Shown: piece by piece, positions 29,174 to 37,870 of the stretch | Layout: the number at the start of each line of letters is the position of its first letter | Position numbering within the stretch: the first letter of the stretch is position 1 | NCBI GenBank assembly: GCA_030537765.1 | Contig: JAUNVH010000001.1 | Span: 55,047 to 119,046, forward strand | Length of the DNA stretch: 64,000 nucleotides | Source of the DNA: Tissierellia bacterium | Lineage (GTDB): Bacteria; Bacillota; Clostridia; Tissierellales; Peptoniphilaceae | Direction of reading: 5' to 3' | Notes under the pieces: generated by a model | Told to the model about the DNA's origin: nothing | Databases searched by the model: none | What the model saw: the letters and a program-made list of their open reading frames with translations, nothing else | Program-made: the position numbers and the translations under genes

Positions 29174-29731
29174 TTAAATCTCCATCAATTCTTCTTCTTT
29201 TTTCGACGTAATTTCGTCGACTTTTTCGATATACTCATCAGTTAAGTCTTGAGCTTCTTTTTCATGAGTTTTTCTCATATCTTCGGAAATTTCTTTGTTT
29301 TTTTCTAAATTTTTAATTCCGTCCATCAACTCACGTCTAATATTTCTTATTGCAACTTTACTATTTTCGCCCATTTTTTTGACAGTTTTTGTCAGCTCAA
29401 TTCTTCTTTCTTCAGTTAACTGAGGTATAATTAAGCGGACAATCTTACCATCATTCGAAGGATTTAAACCAATATCTGCTTTTAGTATAGCCTTTTCAAT
29501 TTCTTTTACTAAAGAAGCGTCCCAAGGTTGTATAGCTATAAGTCTCGCCTCTGGTACAGATATATTTGAAACTTGGTTAAGTGGAGTCTGTTGTCCATAA
29601 TAGTCTACTGTGATTCTGTCTAGTATCGCAGGATTTGCTCTACCTGCTCGCACAGTTTTTAATTCATCTGTATAGACAGATATAGTCTTTTCCATTCTCT
29701 CTTTAGCATCTTTCATTAGTCCGGAAGCCAT
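29174..29731 (-). CDS. frr: Ribosome recycling factor
   Basis: 185 aa. pyrH-frr order. VRAGRANPAILDRI motif. Confidence 0.94.
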   Translation of the reverse strand: MASGLMKDAKERMEKTISVYTDELKTVRAGRANPAILDRITVDYYGQQTPLNQVSNISVPEARLIAIQPWDASLVKEIEKAILKADIGLNPSNDGKIVRLIIPQLTEERRIELTKTVKKMGENSKVAIRNIRRELMDGIKNLEKNKEISEDMRKTHEKEAQDLTDEYIEKVDEITSKKEEELMEI

Positions 29732-29733
29732 AT

Positions 29734-30447
29734 TTAATCACCTTTCACTTTCGTTCCGATATTTTTTCCTATAGCAACATCATATATATTAGTGGGATTG
29801 TCTATACCAAATACAATCAAGGGTATAGTATTGTCCATACATAATGAAGTTGCCGTCGCATCCATTATACCCAATCCCATGCTTAAAATATCAAGATAAT
29901 TGATCGTTTCAAATCGTTTTGAATCTTTGTCTACATTTGGATCTGAATCATATATTCCATCGACGCCCTTTTTGGCAAGTAAAATTACATCAGCATCAAT
30001 TTCAGCGGCTCTTAAAGCTGCCGTAGTATCAGTTGAGAAATACGGATTACCTGAGCCAGCTGCAAAAATAACTACTCTACCCTTTTCCAGATGTCTAATG
30101 GCGCGCCTTCTAATATAAGGCTCTGCAACCTCTCGCATCTCTATTGCAGTTTGCACTCTAGTGTCTACTCCTATATCTTCTAATGCATCCTGTAAAGCTA
30201 AGGCGTTCATGACAGTGCCTAACATTCCCATATAGTCAGAAGTCGCTCTATCCATGGTCTTAGAATCTCTTCCTCGCCAAAAATTACCGCCTCCGACTAC
30301 TATACCCATTTCAATGCCAGCAGTTTGCACTCTCTTTATCTGCTCAGATATAGTATTTACTGTGTCCATGTCGATGCCGATACCCTGTGGGCCTGCCATC
30401 GCCTCTCCGCTAAGCTTCAAAACTACTCTGTTAAATGCGCTATCCAT
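29734..30447 (-). CDS. pyrH: UMP kinase
   Basis: 237 aa. [10 protein letters not shown] and [15 protein letters not shown] motifs. Confidence 0.94.
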   Translation of the reverse strand: MDSAFNRVVLKLSGEAMAGPQGIGIDMDTVNTISEQIKRVQTAGIEMGIVVGGGNFWRGRDSKTMDRATSDYMGMLGTVMNALALQDALEDIGVDTRVQTAIEMREVAEPYIRRRAIRHLEKGRVVIFAAGSGNPYFSTDTTAALRAAEIDADVILLAKKGVDGIYDSDPNVDKDSKRFETINYLDILSMGLGIMDATATSLCMDNTIPLIVFGIDNPTNIYDVAIGKNIGTKVKGD

Positions 30448-30459
30448 TTTTGGCTCCTA

Positions 30460-31107
30460 TTATTGGCCCATTTGTTTAGCTACTTCTTCAGCAAAATCTT
30501 CTTCTCTCTTTTCGAGTCCTTCACCTAGTTCGTATCTAGTAAATCTTCTAATTTTAATATTTTCACCAATTTTTGCTACTAAATTAGTTAGATATTCTGA
30601 AATTGTTATATCAGGATCTTTTATAAATGCTTGCTCTAAAAGGCATACTTCTTCATAGAATTTATTCATTCTGCCATCAACCATTTTTTCAACAATTTTT
30701 TCAGGTTTGCCTTCATTTAAAGCTTGTTGTTTCAATATTTCTTTTTCATGTTCTACTGTTTCTTTTGGAACATCATCTTTACTTAAATATTTTGGATTTG
30801 CAGCTGCAACTTGCATAGCAATATCTTTTACAAATTGTTGAAACTCTTCATTTTTTGCTACGAAATCTGTTTCTGAATTTACTTCTACAATGACTCCAAT
30901 TCTGCCATTGTGAATATAAGAATCTACTAAGCCTTCCGATGCAATTCTAGATGCTTTTTTGCTAGCGTCGGCAATTCCTTTTTCTCTTAAATAATCGGCA
31001 GCTTTGTCCATATTGCCATCACATTCAGTCAATGCCTTTTTGCAATCCATCATACCTACACCAGTTTTTTCTCTAAGTTCTTTTACCATTGATGCTGTTA
31101 TTTGCAT
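30460..31107 (-). CDS. tsf: Elongation factor Ts (short form)
   Basis: 215 aa. N-terminal UBA-like [24 protein letters not shown]. Downstream of rpsB. Confidence 0.93.
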   Translation of the reverse strand: MQITASMVKELREKTGVGMMDCKKALTECDGNMDKAADYLREKGIADASKKASRIASEGLVDSYIHNGRIGVIVEVNSETDFVAKNEEFQQFVKDIAMQVAAANPKYLSKDDVPKETVEHEKEILKQQALNEGKPEKIVEKMVDGRMNKFYEEVCLLEQAFIKDPDITISEYLTNLVAKIGENIKIRRFTRYELGEGLEKREEDFAEEVAKQMGQ

Positions 31108-31130
31108 AACTATTTTTCCTCCTTTATCCT

Positions 31131-31160
31131 AAAAAATAAGAGTTCCGTAACGAGAACTCC
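31131..31160 (-). terminator. rpsB-tsf intergenic hairpin (probable partial terminator/attenuator)
   Basis: Minus strand GAGTTC(t)CG-tta-CGGAACTC followed by TTATTTTTT. Confidence 0.55.
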
Positions 31161-31170
31161 TATAAAAATA

Positions 31171-31953
31171 TTATTCTTCTATTACTTCTTTAACTTCAAC
31201 TTCTTCAGTTTCTTCATCAGTTTTTTCTGCATCTGCTTGATTGTTTTCTGATTCAACATCATAGCTTTGTTCGCCTTGTTTTCCTTCAAGCACAGCATTT
31301 GCTAAAGTTTCAGTTATAAGTTTTACAGCTCTAATAGCGTCATCGTTGCCCGGAATTGGAAAATCAATTTCATCAGGATCACAGTTAGTGTCGATTATTG
31401 CTACTATTGGAATACCCAAAATATGAGCTTCTTTAACGGCAATTCTCTCTTTTTTAGGGTCTACTATAAACATAACATCTGGTAGTCCACCCATATCTTT
31501 AATTCCACCTAAGAATTTCTCAAGTCTATCTTTTTCATTCATAATACCTATTACTTCTTTTTTAGGTAATAAATCGAATGTGCCGTCTTCTTCTAATTTC
31601 TCAATTTCTTTTAATCTTTCAATTCTTTTATTTATGGTGTCATAATTTGTGAGAGTTCCACCTAGCCATCTTTGATTTACATATGGCATTTCACATCTTT
31701 TTGCTTCTGACTCTATAGCCTCTTGTGCCTGTTTTTTAGTTCCAACAAATAAGATTTGGCCACCCTCTGCCACAACTTCTTTTAAGAAATCGTAAGCTTC
31801 TTCAATTTTCTTTACTGTTTTTTGTAAGTCTATAATATAGATTCCATTTCTTTCAGTAAAGATGAATTTTTTCATCTTTGGATTCCATCTTCTAGTTTGA
31901 TGACCAAAGTGAACTCCAGCTTCTAATAAGCCTTTCATTGATACTACTGACAT
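31171..31953 (-). CDS. rpsB: 30S ribosomal protein S2
   Basis: [12 protein letters not shown] motif. 260 aa including an acidic C-terminal extension. Confidence 0.95.
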   Translation of the reverse strand: MSVVSMKGLLEAGVHFGHQTRRWNPKMKKFIFTERNGIYIIDLQKTVKKIEEAYDFLKEVVAEGGQILFVGTKKQAQEAIESEAKRCEMPYVNQRWLGGTLTNYDTINKRIERLKEIEKLEEDGTFDLLPKKEVIGIMNEKDRLEKFLGGIKDMGGLPDVMFIVDPKKERIAVKEAHILGIPIVAIIDTNCDPDEIDFPIPGNDDAIRAVKLITETLANAVLEGKQGEQSYDVESENNQADAEKTDEETEEVEVKEVIEE

Positions 31954-32052
31954 ATTAATTCCTCCTGTTTTTAAACTTCCGCCTTAATCTTTTGAGAAAA
32001 GTACCCTAAGGCAACTCTTTTCACATCATAAAGCGTGATTTTTTCCTTAAAT

Positions 32053-32081
32053 AGTATATCATATGAAGCGCATGCAATCAA
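32053..32081 (-). promoter_or_regulatory. Sigma-A type promoter for rpsB-tsf
   Basis: Minus strand TTGATT (32081-32076), 17-nt spacer ending in TGa, TATACT (32058-32053). About 95-nt leader. Confidence 0.5.
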
Positions 32082-32084
32082 TGA

Positions 32085-32432
32085 TTAATAATTAACTTTT
32101 TCTTTAACTCTAGCAGCTTTACCTTGTCTCTTTCTGAGATAATAAAGTTTTGCTCTCTTTACTTTACCGCGTTTTGCAATTTCAATTTTTTCAATTCTAG
32201 GTGAATGTAGCGGGAATGTTCTTTCGACACCTACTCCATAAGATAGTCTTCTGACTGTAAATGTAGTTCTTATGCCTGCACCTTGTATTTTTAAAACTAT
32301 ACCTTCGAAAATCTGAATTCTCTCTCTCGATCCTTCAACTATTCTGTAGTGAACTTTTACTGTGTCACCTACTCTAATATCAGGGAGATTTTCTTTTAGT
32401 TGTTCTTGTTCTAAACTTTTAATAATTTCCAT
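32085..32432 (-). CDS. rplS: 50S ribosomal protein L19
   Basis: 115 aa. [18 protein letters not shown] motif. trmD-rplS order with a 1-nt overlap. Confidence 0.95.
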   Translation of the reverse strand: MEIIKSLEQEQLKENLPDIRVGDTVKVHYRIVEGSRERIQIFEGIVLKIQGAGIRTTFTVRRLSYGVGVERTFPLHSPRIEKIEIAKRGKVKRAKLYYLRKRQGKAARVKEKVNY

Positions 32433-33172
32433 TATTTTCCTCCTCTAGAGTATTCTAACTCTTCTATAATTTCTCGCAATATAGCATTTTCTTTTTCATC
32501 CAATTCAACTTTTTCAAGTAAATCTGGTCTATATAATAATGTATTCTTTAAAGAACTTTTTAATCTAAACTCTTTAATGAGCTTATGGTTGCCCTCGATA
32601 AGCACATCTGGTACTTTTAGACCTCTATATTCTTTTGGTCTCGTATATTGATCGTATTCTAATAAATTTCTGTCAAAACTTTCATTTATAATAGACTCCT
32701 CATTATTTAATGCTTGAGGTATAAGCCTAACTAGACCGTCAACTAAGACCATAGCCGGTAATTCTCCGCCACTTAGTATATAATCGCCTAAAGATATTTC
32801 TAAATCTATTAAATTGTCAATAACTCTTTGGTCGATACCTTCATAGTGGCCACAAAGTATAGATATATTTTCATATTTCATTAATGATCGTAAAAGATTT
32901 TGATCTAAAGTCTTTCCTCTAGGAGACATATAAATTTTAATATCACTTTTCACAGTATCTAATGCATCAAATATGGGTTGTGGCGTCATAATCATTCCTG
33001 GACCACCACCATAAGAATAATCATCAGTTTTACTATGTCTATCTTTAGAAAATTCTCTTATATCAATAGAATTAATATTTACTAAATCTTTTTCAATAGC
33101 CCGCTTAATAATGCTCCAATCATTAATTGTTTTCGTAAAATCTGGGAATATTGAAAATATATTTATATTCAT
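32432..33172 (-). CDS. trmD: tRNA (guanine37-N1)-methyltransferase
   Basis: 246 aa. [19 protein letters not shown] motif. Confidence 0.94.
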   Translation of the reverse strand: MNINIFSIFPDFTKTINDWSIIKRAIEKDLVNINSIDIREFSKDRHSKTDDYSYGGGPGMIMTPQPIFDALDTVKSDIKIYMSPRGKTLDQNLLRSLMKYENISILCGHYEGIDQRVIDNLIDLEISLGDYILSGGELPAMVLVDGLVRLIPQALNNEESIINESFDRNLLEYDQYTRPKEYRGLKVPDVLIEGNHKLIKEFRLKSSLKNTLLYRPDLLEKVELDEKENAILREIIEELEYSRGGK

Positions 33173-33678
33173 AAAATCATACCATCAATCGTTTCAACAA
33201 TAATCAGCCCGTCTTCAAGATCTATTTCTTTTATAAATTCCTTAATCATAGGAATTTTAGCGATACTGTTTTCAAATTTGCAAACCAAAACATCATTTGC
33301 TGGATATGTCTCTACATTTGCTACTAATCCAGTCTTCTTAGTATATAAGTCCTTGACCTTTAAAGAAATTAAATCGCTTATATAAAATTTTCCATCGTCT
33401 AACGTTGGCCTATTTGAAATTGTTGAATATATTTCTTTCTCTGTCAAAGCCATAGCGTCTTCTATATTGTCAATCTCTTTTAATTTTAGTATTGCAAATT
33501 TCCCGCTATTTTTAAAACCTTCAACACTTATGCTTTGCTTTTCAGAACCAATATAAATTTCATTCAAGTTTTGAAACCGCAAGACATCTGTGTCTATAGG
33601 TATAACTTTAACTTCTCCTTTAATTCCGTGTGGCTTTACTATTGCACCTAAAAGTACAAATTCATCAGATTTCATCAA
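33169..33678 (-). CDS. rimM: 16S rRNA processing protein RimM
   Basis: 169 aa. GAIVKPHGIKGEVKV N-terminus. Confidence 0.9.
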   Translation of the reverse strand: MMKSDEFVLLGAIVKPHGIKGEVKVIPIDTDVLRFQNLNEIYIGSEKQSISVEGFKNSGKFAILKLKEIDNIEDAMALTEKEIYSTISNRPTLDDGKFYISDLISLKVKDLYTKKTGLVANVETYPANDVLVCKFENSIAKIPMIKEFIKEIDLEDGLIIVETIDGMIL

Positions 33679-33922
33679 TTATCTCCAGCTGAATATTTAC
33701 TCTATTTTTTGTTCCTAATGCATCTAATAAAGACCTCATTGCTTTGGCGATTTTTCCGTTTCTACCTATTACTTTTCCCATATCGTTGGAATCTACTTTG
33801 AGTCTAATCAAAATATTTCCCTTGCTATCGTCTTGTTCAATGACCTCAACTTTTTCGGGCTGAGATACTAATTCCTTGGCGATATATTCAATTAATTCTT
33901 TCACGGATTCACCTCGATTCAC
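33665..33922 (-). CDS. KH-domain RNA-binding protein (YlqC family)
   Basis: GKVIGRNGKIAKAMRSLL (GxxG KH motif). Sits between rpsP and rimM. The true start is more likely GTG 33904 (VKELIEYI...), preceded by the SD GAGGTGA. Confidence 0.85.
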   Translation of the reverse strand: MNRGESVKELIEYIAKELVSQPEKVEVIEQDDSKGNILIRLKVDSNDMGKVIGRNGKIAKAMRSLLDALGTKNRVNIQLEIIDEI

Positions 33923-33931
33923 ATTTATAAA

Positions 33932-34276
33932 TTATTCTTCTTCGGTGGTGTTTTCTTCCTCTTTAACTTCTGATACTTCTGTATCTTCAGCTTCTTTTGT
34001 TTCTTCAACAGAATCTTTCTTTTCAGCTTCTGAATCGTAGACATTAAATTGTTTAAATAGTCTATTCACAGTATCGGAAGGTTTTGCACCTTTTTTAATC
34101 CAATCTAATGCTTTTTCGTTATCGACTGTAACTGTTTTAGGATTTGTAAGTGGATTGTATGTTCCAATCTGCTCAATAAATCTTCCATCTCTTGGAGCTC
34201 GTGAATCTGCTACCACAATTCTATAATATGGTCTCTTTTTTGCTCCCATTCTTGTTAATCTAATTTTTACTGCCAT
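33932..34276 (-). CDS. rpsP: 30S ribosomal protein S16 with acidic C-terminal extension
   Basis: [36 protein letters not shown] set the start at ATG 34276, preceded by GGAGGTG, which lies inside the longer ORF-track call. Confidence 0.94.
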   Translation of the reverse strand: MAVKIRLTRMGAKKRPYYRIVVADSRAPRDGRFIEQIGTYNPLTNPKTVTVDNEKALDWIKKGAKPSDTVNRLFKQFNVYDSEAEKKDSVEETKEAEDTEVSEVKEEENTTEEE

Positions 34277-34307
34277 TATTTGCACCTCCATAATATTTAA
34301 AAGCTAT

Positions 34308-35645
34308 TTAAAAACTAAATGGAAATTTCATTCTGCCTTTTTTCATTTGTTTTTCCATATTTCCAAACTGCTTCATAAATTTCCTCAAATCTTTAAATTG
34401 CTTTAATAACTTATTAACATCAACTACTGTTGCACCGCTTCCTTCAGCGATTCTCTTCCTTCTAGAACTATTAATTATATCGGGATGTTTTCTTTCTTTT
34501 GGGGTCATAGATTGTATGATTGCTTCTATCTTGTCAAATTCTTTTTCGTCTATGTTTATCCCTTTCAACGCTTTGTTATTCATTCCAGGAATCATTGCGA
34601 TCAAATCTTCTAAAGGACCCATATTTCTCATCTGTTGGATCTGCTCTAAATAGTCATCAAAACCAAAAGTTTGTGATTTTATTTTACGTTCTAATTCTAG
34701 AGCTTTCTTTTCGTCAATTGCACTTTCAGCTTTTTCTATTAAACTTAATACATCGCCCATTCCAAGAATTCTTGAAGCCATTCTATCTGGATGAAACGGC
34801 TCTAATTGATCCATCTTTTCACCCACAGATACGTATTTAATTGGTTTAGATGTAACAGCGCGTATTGAAAGAGCTGCTCCGCCTCTTGCGTCCCCATCTA
34901 TTTTTGTCAAAATAAGACCTGTCAAGCTCAATTTTTCATCAAAAGACTTGGCAACATTTACAGCGTCTTGACCTGTCATAGAATCTAATACGAGTAAAAT
35001 TTCAGATGGATTTAGTTCAGAATTAATTGATTTTAATTCATCCATTAATTCTTCATCTATGTGAAGTCTTCCTGCAGTATCGATAATTATAACATCATTA
35101 CCGTTTCTCTTTGCATGTTCTAGTGAAGCTTTTGATATGTCAACAGGGCTAATTTTATCCCCCATTGTAAATACGGGCACATCAATTTGCTCGCCCACGA
35201 CTTGCAATTGTTTTATTGCTGCAGGTCTATATATATCACATGCAACTAAAAGTGGTTTTTTGCCATTCTTTTTAAAATTTAAAGCTAATTTACCTGAAGT
35301 TGTAGTCTTACCGGCACCTTGCAAACCACACATTAAGATCACAGTGGGCTTTTTAGAAAAGTCAATACCAATGCCTTCTTTTCCCATTAAATTAGTCAGC
35401 TCTTCATTAACAATTTTAATGACATGCTGACCCGGTGTAAGACTTTCCATTACTTCTGCACCTATAGAGCGTTCTTTAACTTTTTTGACAAATTCTTTTA
35501 CAATTTTAAAGTTTACATCAGCTTCTAGCAAAGCCAAGCGAACTTCACGCATAGCATCATTTACATCTTTTTCACTGAGTTTGCCTTTTCTCCTCAGATT
35601 GTTTAATGTCTTTTGTAATCTATCGGACAAATTTTCAAATACCAT
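34308..35645 (-). CDS. ffh: Signal recognition particle protein Ffh
   Basis: 445 aa. GLQGAGKTTTSGKLA, DTAGR and TKIDGDARGGAALS motifs, plus a Met-rich M domain. Confidence 0.96.
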   Translation of the reverse strand: MVFENLSDRLQKTLNNLRRKGKLSEKDVNDAMREVRLALLEADVNFKIVKEFVKKVKERSIGAEVMESLTPGQHVIKIVNEELTNLMGKEGIGIDFSKKPTVILMCGLQGAGKTTTSGKLALNFKKNGKKPLLVACDIYRPAAIKQLQVVGEQIDVPVFTMGDKISPVDISKASLEHAKRNGNDVIIIDTAGRLHIDEELMDELKSINSELNPSEILLVLDSMTGQDAVNVAKSFDEKLSLTGLILTKIDGDARGGAALSIRAVTSKPIKYVSVGEKMDQLEPFHPDRMASRILGMGDVLSLIEKAESAIDEKKALELERKIKSQTFGFDDYLEQIQQMRNMGPLEDLIAMIPGMNNKALKGINIDEKEFDKIEAIIQSMTPKERKHPDIINSSRRKRIAEGSGATVVDVNKLLKQFKDLRKFMKQFGNMEKQMKKGRMKFPFSF

Positions 35646-35660
35646 ATCAACCTCCTGAGA

Positions 35661-36011
35661 TTATCCTATATCTGCTATAATATCTTTAATAGCTTTTAAG
35701 ACTTTTTGTGTTTGCTCGCTTTCATTATTGATATCGAGTTCGTCTAACATCTTATTGAGCTTTTCAATAGCTAATTCTTTTTTTTCAAATCTTTGTAAGA
35801 GTTTTAAATTATCTTCATATAGATTTAAATTATTAACAGCTCTTTTGATGTTCTCAGACACTCCTTGCTTAGAAATCGACAATTCCTCAGCTATTTCGTT
35901 TAAAGAAAAATCATAAGCATAATATAATTCAAAGCTTTTCTTTTGGTTATCAGTTAAAAGATTTCCATAAAAGTCATAAAGTTTATTTAATCTATTAAAA
36001 TCTTTTAAAAT
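35661..36011 (-). CDS. ylxM: YlxM-family putative helix-turn-helix protein (UPF0122); apparent ATT start codon
   Basis: The frame upstream of the ORF-track start (TTG 35882) stays open and encodes ILKDFNRLNKLYDFYGNLLTDNQKKSFELYYAYDFSLNEIAEELSISKQGV. This aligns residue for residue with the YlxM N-terminus as I recall it ([23 protein letters not shown]...). The only candidate initiator is ATT 36011-36009, 4 nt after the SD AGGGGTGA. Confidence 0.7.
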   Translation of the reverse strand: MLKDFNRLNKLYDFYGNLLTDNQKKSFELYYAYDFSLNEIAEELSISKQGVSENIKRAVNNLNLYEDNLKLLQRFEKKELAIEKLNKMLDELDINNESEQTQKVLKAIKDIIADIG

Positions 36012-36050
36012 ACAATCACCCCTAAGTCAAGTTAATAAGTTGACTCTATT

Positions 36051-36079
36051 ATTATAGTTAGATTTAAGTGATTTGTCAA
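36051..36079 (-). promoter_or_regulatory. Consensus sigma-A promoter of the ylxM-ffh-rpsP operon
   Basis: Minus strand TTGACA (36079-36074), 17-nt spacer, TATAAT (36056-36051). Perfect consensus; overlaps the tcdA stop. Confidence 0.7.
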
Positions 36080-36768
36080 TCTTTTTTTATAAAATAATTA
36101 AAAATATCTGCAGCTATTAATAGTCCCGCCGAAGAAGGCACAAAAGCATTGCTAGCAGGTGAAGACTTATCACTTTTATCGAATTTATTTGGCAATTCTT
36201 CCGATGCCACGACTTTTAAGCTGCTAATATTTCTTTTTCTAAGCTCTCGTCTCATTATTCTTGAGAGTGGATCATTTTTTGTGTCGAAAATATCACAAAT
36301 CTTTAATAAAGAAGGATTTAATCTATTGCCTGCCCCCATTGCCGAGATTATAGGAATATCATTTTCTTTTGCTATTTCAATTAAAAGTAATTTTGCACTG
36401 ACTGTATCTATAGCATCTACAATATAATCATATTGAAAAAATTCAAATTCATTAATAGTTTCTTTATTAAGATTCTTAAATATTGCTTTTACATTACATT
36501 TTGGATTTATGCTCTCGATTCGTTTTTTCATAATCTCAGTTTTCTTTTCACCGATTGTTTTGTGATTGGCAATAATTTGTCTGTTAATATTGGTTATATC
36601 AATAATGTCTTTATCGACAATTGTTATATTATTTAAACCAGATCTAACTAATGCTTCGATAGTATATGAGCCTACGCCACCAATTCCAAATACTATAATG
36701 TTTTTATTTCTAAAATTATTAATTGCTTTTTCTCCAACGAGCATCTTTGTTCTCGATGTAAAATCCAT
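36076..36768 (-). CDS. tcdA: tRNA threonylcarbamoyladenosine dehydratase (ThiF/E1-like, TcdA/CsdL family)
   Basis: VFGIGGVGSYTIEALVRSG...DKDIIDITNINRQ Rossmann/E1 motif. I set the start at ATG 36768 after GGAGGA. Confidence 0.75.
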   Translation of the reverse strand: MDFTSRTKMLVGEKAINNFRNKNIIVFGIGGVGSYTIEALVRSGLNNITIVDKDIIDITNINRQIIANHKTIGEKKTEIMKKRIESINPKCNVKAIFKNLNKETINEFEFFQYDYIVDAIDTVSAKLLLIEIAKENDIPIISAMGAGNRLNPSLLKICDIFDTKNDPLSRIMRRELRKRNISSLKVVASEELPNKFDKSDKSSPASNAFVPSSAGLLIAADIFNYFIKKD

Positions 36769-36778
36769 TATTTCCTCC

Positions 36779-36808
36779 AAAATAAATAGAGGTAGAAATC
36801 TACCTCTA
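36779..36808 (-). terminator. Intrinsic terminator after the yerC-like gene
   Basis: Minus strand TAGAGGTAG-attt-CTACCTCTA followed by TTTATTTT. Confidence 0.65.
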
Positions 36809-36819
36809 AGAATTGATTA

Positions 36820-37128
36820 TTATTTTTCTTCTTCTACATATCCAAGTCTTTCAAGTACAATTTTATATCCGTCTGCTCCATAATTCAATGAGCGATTTAT
36901 TCTGCTTATTGTTGCGGTACTTGCTCCGGTTATGTTCTCAATTTCATTATATGTTTTGTTTTGACAAAGTAATTTTACTACCTCTAATCTTTGCGAGATG
37001 GATTGTATTTCCTTAATTGTGCATATGTCTTCAAAGAATCTGTAGCATTCTTCCTTTGTCTTTAGGGCTAAAATCGCCTCAAACAATGAATCTGTTTCTT
37101 TACTCTTAATACGAGATTGAAATGCCAT
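36820..37128 (-). CDS. YerC/YecD family TrpR-related protein
   Basis: 102 aa. TrpR-like HTH KTYNEIENITGASTATISRINRSL. Confidence 0.8.
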   Translation of the reverse strand: MAFQSRIKSKETDSLFEAILALKTKEECYRFFEDICTIKEIQSISQRLEVVKLLCQNKTYNEIENITGASTATISRINRSLNYGADGYKIVLERLGYVEEEK

Positions 37129-37243
37129 TTCTTAACCTCCTTAAATTTTTATGATAACATTTTCAAATAGTCCTTGAACTTGCTTCAACTACTATAATAA
37201 TATAGTTTTATATCTTTTTCAAGGACTTTATAGTTTTTAAGCA

Positions 37244-37756
37244 TTAAAACTTTATAATAGATCTTACATCATACTTTTCAATTTCTTTTCGGCCATTTAA
37301 ATCGCTAAGTTCGCTTAAAAATATAAACGCTTCAATTTTTCCGCCAAGTTTTTCGACCATTTCGGCAACACAGCGAGAAGTGCCTCCTGTAGCCAATAGA
37401 TCATCTAGAATAATAACTTTTTGCCCTTTTTCAATTGCATCAATGTGAATTTCTAATTCGTCATGCCCATATTCTAATTCATAAGTTCCATTTAAAGTAT
37501 CCATAGGCAATTTCCCAGATTTTCTAACTGGTACAAATCCACAGTTCAAATTATAAGCAACTGGAGCCCCGACTATAAAACCTCGCGCCTCTATTCCTAA
37601 AACTAAATCTACATCATATTCTTTTGCGATTTCAGTTAAAGTATCTATAGTGTCTTTGTAACCTTCTTTGTCCTTAAGTAAGGTGGTAATATCTCTATAT
37701 ACAATACCCTCTTTAGGATAATTTTTAATAGATCTGATTTTTGATTTAATACTCAT
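37244..37756 (-). CDS. apt: Adenine phosphoribosyltransferase
   Basis: PRPP-binding motif VIILDDLLATGGT. I set the start at ATG 37756 after AGAGGTG. Confidence 0.92.
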   Translation of the reverse strand: MSIKSKIRSIKNYPKEGIVYRDITTLLKDKEGYKDTIDTLTEIAKEYDVDLVLGIEARGFIVGAPVAYNLNCGFVPVRKSGKLPMDTLNGTYELEYGHDELEIHIDAIEKGQKVIILDDLLATGGTSRCVAEMVEKLGGKIEAFIFLSELSDLNGRKEIEKYDVRSIIKF

Positions 37757-37819
37757 ACATACACCTCTTTTCAATTTCTGATAAGAATTATATCATATTA
37801 TACTAGAATATGCATTTCT

Positions 37820-37849
37820 TTACTTAATAAAACTCTTCTATGTTATAAT
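37820..37849 (+). promoter_or_regulatory. Probable promoter for fbp
   Basis: Plus strand TTACTT, 18-nt spacer ending in TGt, TATAAT (37844-37849). The SD AAGGAGG lies 9 nt upstream of ATG 37871. Confidence 0.5.
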
Positions 37850-37870
37850 TATATAAAGGAGGCATGCTAG

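Noticed and set aside
31954-32084. Possible regulatory structure in the rpsB leader (hairpin GAAAAGAGT...ACTTTTC)
   Set aside because: Only one modest imperfect hairpin without a U-tract. I cannot link it to a known S2-binding leader motif from sequence alone, so it is left as an untranslated leader.
35661-35882. ORF-track call of a 73-aa protein starting at TTG 35882
   Set aside because: It is a truncation of ylxM. The conserved N-terminal half is encoded in the same open frame upstream (see the ylxM feature and finding).
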